A DNA stretch of 52,934 nt, counting the filler, from Catajapyx aquilonaris (Eukaryota), in assembly GCA_000934665.2 (NCBI GenBank). It is 3 parts of 3 records of this genome, joined end to end, with 100 filler letters (N's around TTAATTAATTAA, not from the genome) between each part and the next. Parts side by side here need not be neighbours in the genome. Positions count along the whole stretch, not along the records: positions 35,266 to 52,934 come from JYFJ02006929.1; 2 more parts are not named here. One strand, given 5' to 3'. A program made the position numbers and the translations under genes. This document shows, one piece after another, positions 48,590 to 52,934 of the stretch. The number at the start of each line of letters is the position of its first letter. Within the stretch, counting starts at the first letter, position 1. The notes under the pieces are model-generated. The model saw nothing but the letters and a program-made list of their open reading frames with translations. It was not told where the DNA came from and made no database searches.

Positions 48590-51500
48590 CTGTTTACACT
48601 GTCACGTCCCTGGAAAGGTAAGGGCGTTATGATGAGCATGCAGAATGTGACGTTCATGAAGATGTAACCACTGGTAGGCTACTGCACAAGTTTGTTAATA
48701 ATAATTAAATTGTTGGGAAGTTACTGAAGGAACAGACCATAAGACAAAAATTTGCTTGCTGAATACTATCAAATGCTCAACTCATCAGTCAGGTAACGAT
48801 GTATCTAACAATTACAGTAACAAAAAAGTGAATTCTATACCGAAATCGTCTACTGGTGATCTCTGCACATTTGAACGTTTAAATAGAAAGCTTTCCAAAT
48901 AATTTATGTCTCAATTACAATAATTGCATCGGTGGAATGCTCACAGTGCATGTGAAAATTGCCAGTATTTGCATCCTGGATCCCTATTTTCAAAGCAGCT
49001 GGCATGTTATGAGTCGGTGAATCAACATGTGTTAAATACGATTGACAAAATACGGCGAGATAAACAAGAACAAAAACATTATTAAAAAACAGTTTTGTTT
49101 ATTTCCGCTGCTTTTGATGATGTTATTTTTTTATCTTATCTTTGAATCGCAAATAATGAACGGCTCATTGTGCTTCGAATCGTATTATGAAAATAAATGG
49201 CAAATATGTTTTTTTTTGCTAATATTGGATGTTTCAGCACCGTTGTTTTTATGAGGCTGTGGACGCAAAATTTTATTTTGCAGGCAGTTATTTCAGGAAC
49301 TCGTTCCTGTTTACATTTTGTTCACGAGGCCAAAACTTACACTTGAATTATTAAACACAATATGAGATAACATCCAAGTTACATATTTTGATGGCTGCGC
49401 TTTCACGTGCTGTTGCACTTGCTGTACACAAGTAAATCTGGTGCAAGTAATGCAACCGGAACGACTCACTTTTACACGTTGTTTTATGACTTATACGGCA
49501 TGTTAAACACGTTTCTACAAATGGACGTGAGCTGATTATGCAGATTTGAACAACATTTTACCCGTGGTTGGAATACTGTAGTCGACAGCCTGGTGGAAAA
49601 ACTAGAAACATTTCGGAGTTGGATTGTAACATTGCTGGGGCATTTAGTTGCATCAGCATCCATTAAAACGGCAGCCAAATCACAAAATTTGCAGCACGCG
49701 ATTGGGACCAAACTATACCCCCCACCAACCAAATGATGAATCGAGACCAATTCAAGTTTATTTATTTACCTGTCGGACCATGGCTGCATGATCGCACCGA
49801 CAAAAACATCCGCACGTTTGTGTTGACGGATGCCCAGCATTATTGTGGCATCTATTTGACGCGAGTGTCAATATTCGCGAATTCCAAACGGATCTGCCCC
49901 TTCGCACATTTTTTGTGTGAGTCACCCTCGCTTTTTTGCAATTTAAATGTCATTACGCTTCCAATATTCCTTCACTATTTGGTTTAAGCCCAAGGTACAC
50001 AGTTCGATCAAAAAAAATCCAGCAGAATTGTTCACGCCCAGGAACCAGTTTTAGAGAGTGTGGTTTAAACAAAAATGTCTTACTGGATCTGCCCAATTAA
50101 TTAAATTAAAATTTAGCGAGTTGCTCTACTGTGTATGGAAAGTCTTTGAATCAATAACAAAAGTAATATAATATGGCAGAAAATTTTGTAATTAATTCGG
50201 AGTTGCTTCTTATGTTCAGTGCTTTTCAGACATAATGCAATTTGCTTTCTCGTGCTTGATACATGAAGAGAGTTTACCGCAAAATGGAGAAGTTTCTCTC
50301 GGACAGCATCTCTCTCTACAGCAAATGGCCCTTGAGGCAATGACTTGCCTTTCAGATGTGCAGACCGGTGTGTGTAAGAGAGAGAAATGCGGTAATTCAG
50401 AACCCCCTGAACCCCCCTCTATTTGCTATATGCATATTAATGTAAACTGAGTCTGCCCCGGAATATTCCCTCTTGTTCTTCTACATATAACACATATGGC
50501 TCAAACTTGATTAATTATTAGCCTATATTCTGCAGATAGTGTATGGTGCAGAATAGGGGAAAGTTTAGTAGGCCTACTTTACATACTGGGACAGAACAGG
50601 TCTGGTTCACGATATTACGAAATTTCCGATACTTAATTTTTTAGGGCAGCTTATGTGATTAAGTGCAGTACTTTTTTTCAGCATGTGATATTTCAAAAAA
50701 ATTAATGAGTCCAGAAAGTTTAATTCCCCGATGGTACATGTTAATTTCATCGAAGCTTATGAAAATGGGCATGTACAGTATGTTCAACAAGGCACAATGC
50801 AAGACTGCACCTTTACGACACTTACTCGTATTCACTACAGTTTTGGTCGCCCATTTTGTTTTGGGCTGAAAACTGTATACACACCAAAAGTGGTATAAGA
50901 TAAGTTGTTTATCCAGCAGCCAACTGTAGGGCACAATAAGTCATATTCACTTACTGGTATTGTGTACAGTACCAGAGCTATACAACTTTCCGCCTCTTGA
51001 ACTGGACAGTATACATCATACTGTATCAGTGAAAAGAGGACCTTACGCAGTATAGTTGAACTTCTGGTGCTCTGTAGATGCTTGTCAGGTTTTGCGATTT
51101 TTAAATATAATTGAAAATGTGTGGCATCAGAGAATGTGCACTGTACAGTTGCTGTAGAGTCTAACATTCCGGTCAGGTTGGCAGCACTTGCGAGCTCTAT
51201 ACATTGATTGCATGTAACTGCCACTTACCCAGGGCAGCTGATTATTTCTTAGTGCCATACTGTACTATGATAATTAAGGGGCCCAAATTGCAATGGGTTA
51301 TATGCACCACTGACTGGGTAATGTTATATGATGTCTATCATTTTGGGTCCCAGCCAAGCAATAATCTCAAGCACGGGTCAATAATGAACATTAGAGCGGG
51401 ACAGGGCGGCAAGCAGAATTTCCCAGTGCAACATACGAGAGAGAATCCAACACTATAACACTGCGCAGGGTTGACCCGAATAATGTATATATGAGCAGCA

Positions 51501-52934
51501 TTTATTTACAATCAGATATTTTATCCAATGGTGCAAGTGTTGTACTGCATGAGACTGAGAACTTGTTTCAATTCAGACCAAAATGTATGTATATTAATTC
51601 AAATTCAGCTCCGAGAGTGTAGATGAACACGATTCCCGAGCTTGTATACTGGAAGTTGAAGCGACAGTTTCCGGTTGAAGCGACTCTATTTTCAGAATGC
51701 ACTTGATGTAACAAATTAACCTGCGACGGAAGCCTTAATTTCCCTTCATCTCTGCGGTGTGGGCGGCAGCATTCGTGGTCCAGAAAAGAATATAAGTTTT
51801 TTTTTGTGTGTGTGTGCGTATTTCTCTCTCCCGTCGTCGTCTCCGCACGTCAGTCGCAATTACCATCCAAAAAGCGTATAACTCTCAGGTTAGATAATCA
51901 GGTCTACCTGGAGCGAAACCCTCGGCTTTATCCAACAATCTCAACTTGAAGCCGTCATGAATTGTGCTTTTCAAGCCCCTCCCCACCCACCCAACCAACC
52001 CCCACTATACCTCCACCACCTCTAATCCCTGCCGACAAAGACAAAGGTGGGATCACTAATTAGCTTCCTTCCTTTCATGCGTCGTAAAGGCTGATGGAGG
52101 GAAGTGTTTTGTCAAGAATCACCCTGTATTGTAATAGGTACTTGCGACTTGGGGGCATGGGAAATACGAATTAGCTTCAGTTCAGAGCCAGGACCCCCCT
52201 CGAAACACACTCTGTTGACTTTATGATTAGCTTCATTTTCTCACTGACTTGTGAGCAGCAACCAAGATCAGAATGTCTTGGTTAGAAGAGGATTGGTATA
52301 CTGATTTGGTTGTACATGACAGAGAAATAAGGCGTCCTTAGATGAGTATACCAGAAGATGCAATTAATCACTATAAATAAATAAATAAACAAGGTTGACA
52401 AACCATGCTCGAATGTGATTCGAGTAGACTTTTTCTCACTGCCAAAGAAATTCAAATTGGACAACAATGGCATAGAATGTTGTCAGTCTCATTTCTCGTT
52501 GCTATAACCCAAGGAAAATTATAAATCATCATCATCCTCATCATCATCAATATTAATTAATTAATGTAATTTTTTCTTGCCAAGTAACTTAAGGAAAATA
52601 ATTTCTAAATCGTATAAATAAGTAAACAAGGTTGGAAAATCAGGCGAGTGTGTAATTTCTAAATCATGTGGACTAGACTTTGGAGGATAGAGTGACCATG
52701 AAACCCAAGATGAAACCTATAGGTATGGTCCGATGAATCCGAATCCGAAAACCGTTTGTCGCTATCTCTTACGGTTTAGGCCCTGATACCTGTCCACAGA
52801 CGGACAAATCCGTTCCATGCGACTTTCTTTTCAATGAAAAAAAAAAGTATATAAATGGAGATTTCTCTTCGACAAAGTCTTTTCCTCTTTATTTTAAATA
52901 GTTGCAGATTGAATTTTGATGCTCAAAATGTTGG

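Noticed and set aside
50235..50450. 71-aa ORF after an acceptor-like TTTTCAG
   Set aside because: No recognisable motif or donor, and it includes a CCCCCTGAACCCCC repeat-end-like word.

Overview
Intron- and transposon-rich eukaryotic DNA, very probably arthropod, from a draft assembly with two artificial 100-nt contig linkers. Host genes: (1) a natalisin-type neuropeptide precursor exon with three DPFWAAR-G-K(K/R) copies and a fourth, damaged copy (10255-10824, +). (2) A complete classical calpain of the CalpA/B type on the minus strand (29326-23302): 15-16 coding exons, intact Cys/His/Asn triad, and a ~330-aa basic SP-rich N-terminal extension containing a 330-bp tandem duplication. (3) A convergent ~180-aa penta-EF-hand-only gene (20026-21729, +) that has the exon structure of calpain domain IV, including a shared 12-nt microexon, but no protease exons. 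This is a candidate independently evolved calpain small-subunit-like regulator and is the best lead here. (4) One or two isolated exons of unidentified genes near 46.9 and 48.4 kb. The rest is nested DNA-transposon derivatives (mariner, pogo/Tigger, P-like, hAT-like foldback, Sola2-like, CACTA-like), two tRNA-derived SINE families with a shared 3' tail, Helitron remnants and a rosa/maT-like Tc1/mariner remnant. No rRNA, true tRNA or CRISPR array was seen. All gene models were assembled by eye from splice signals and remembered family motifs, without database searches.
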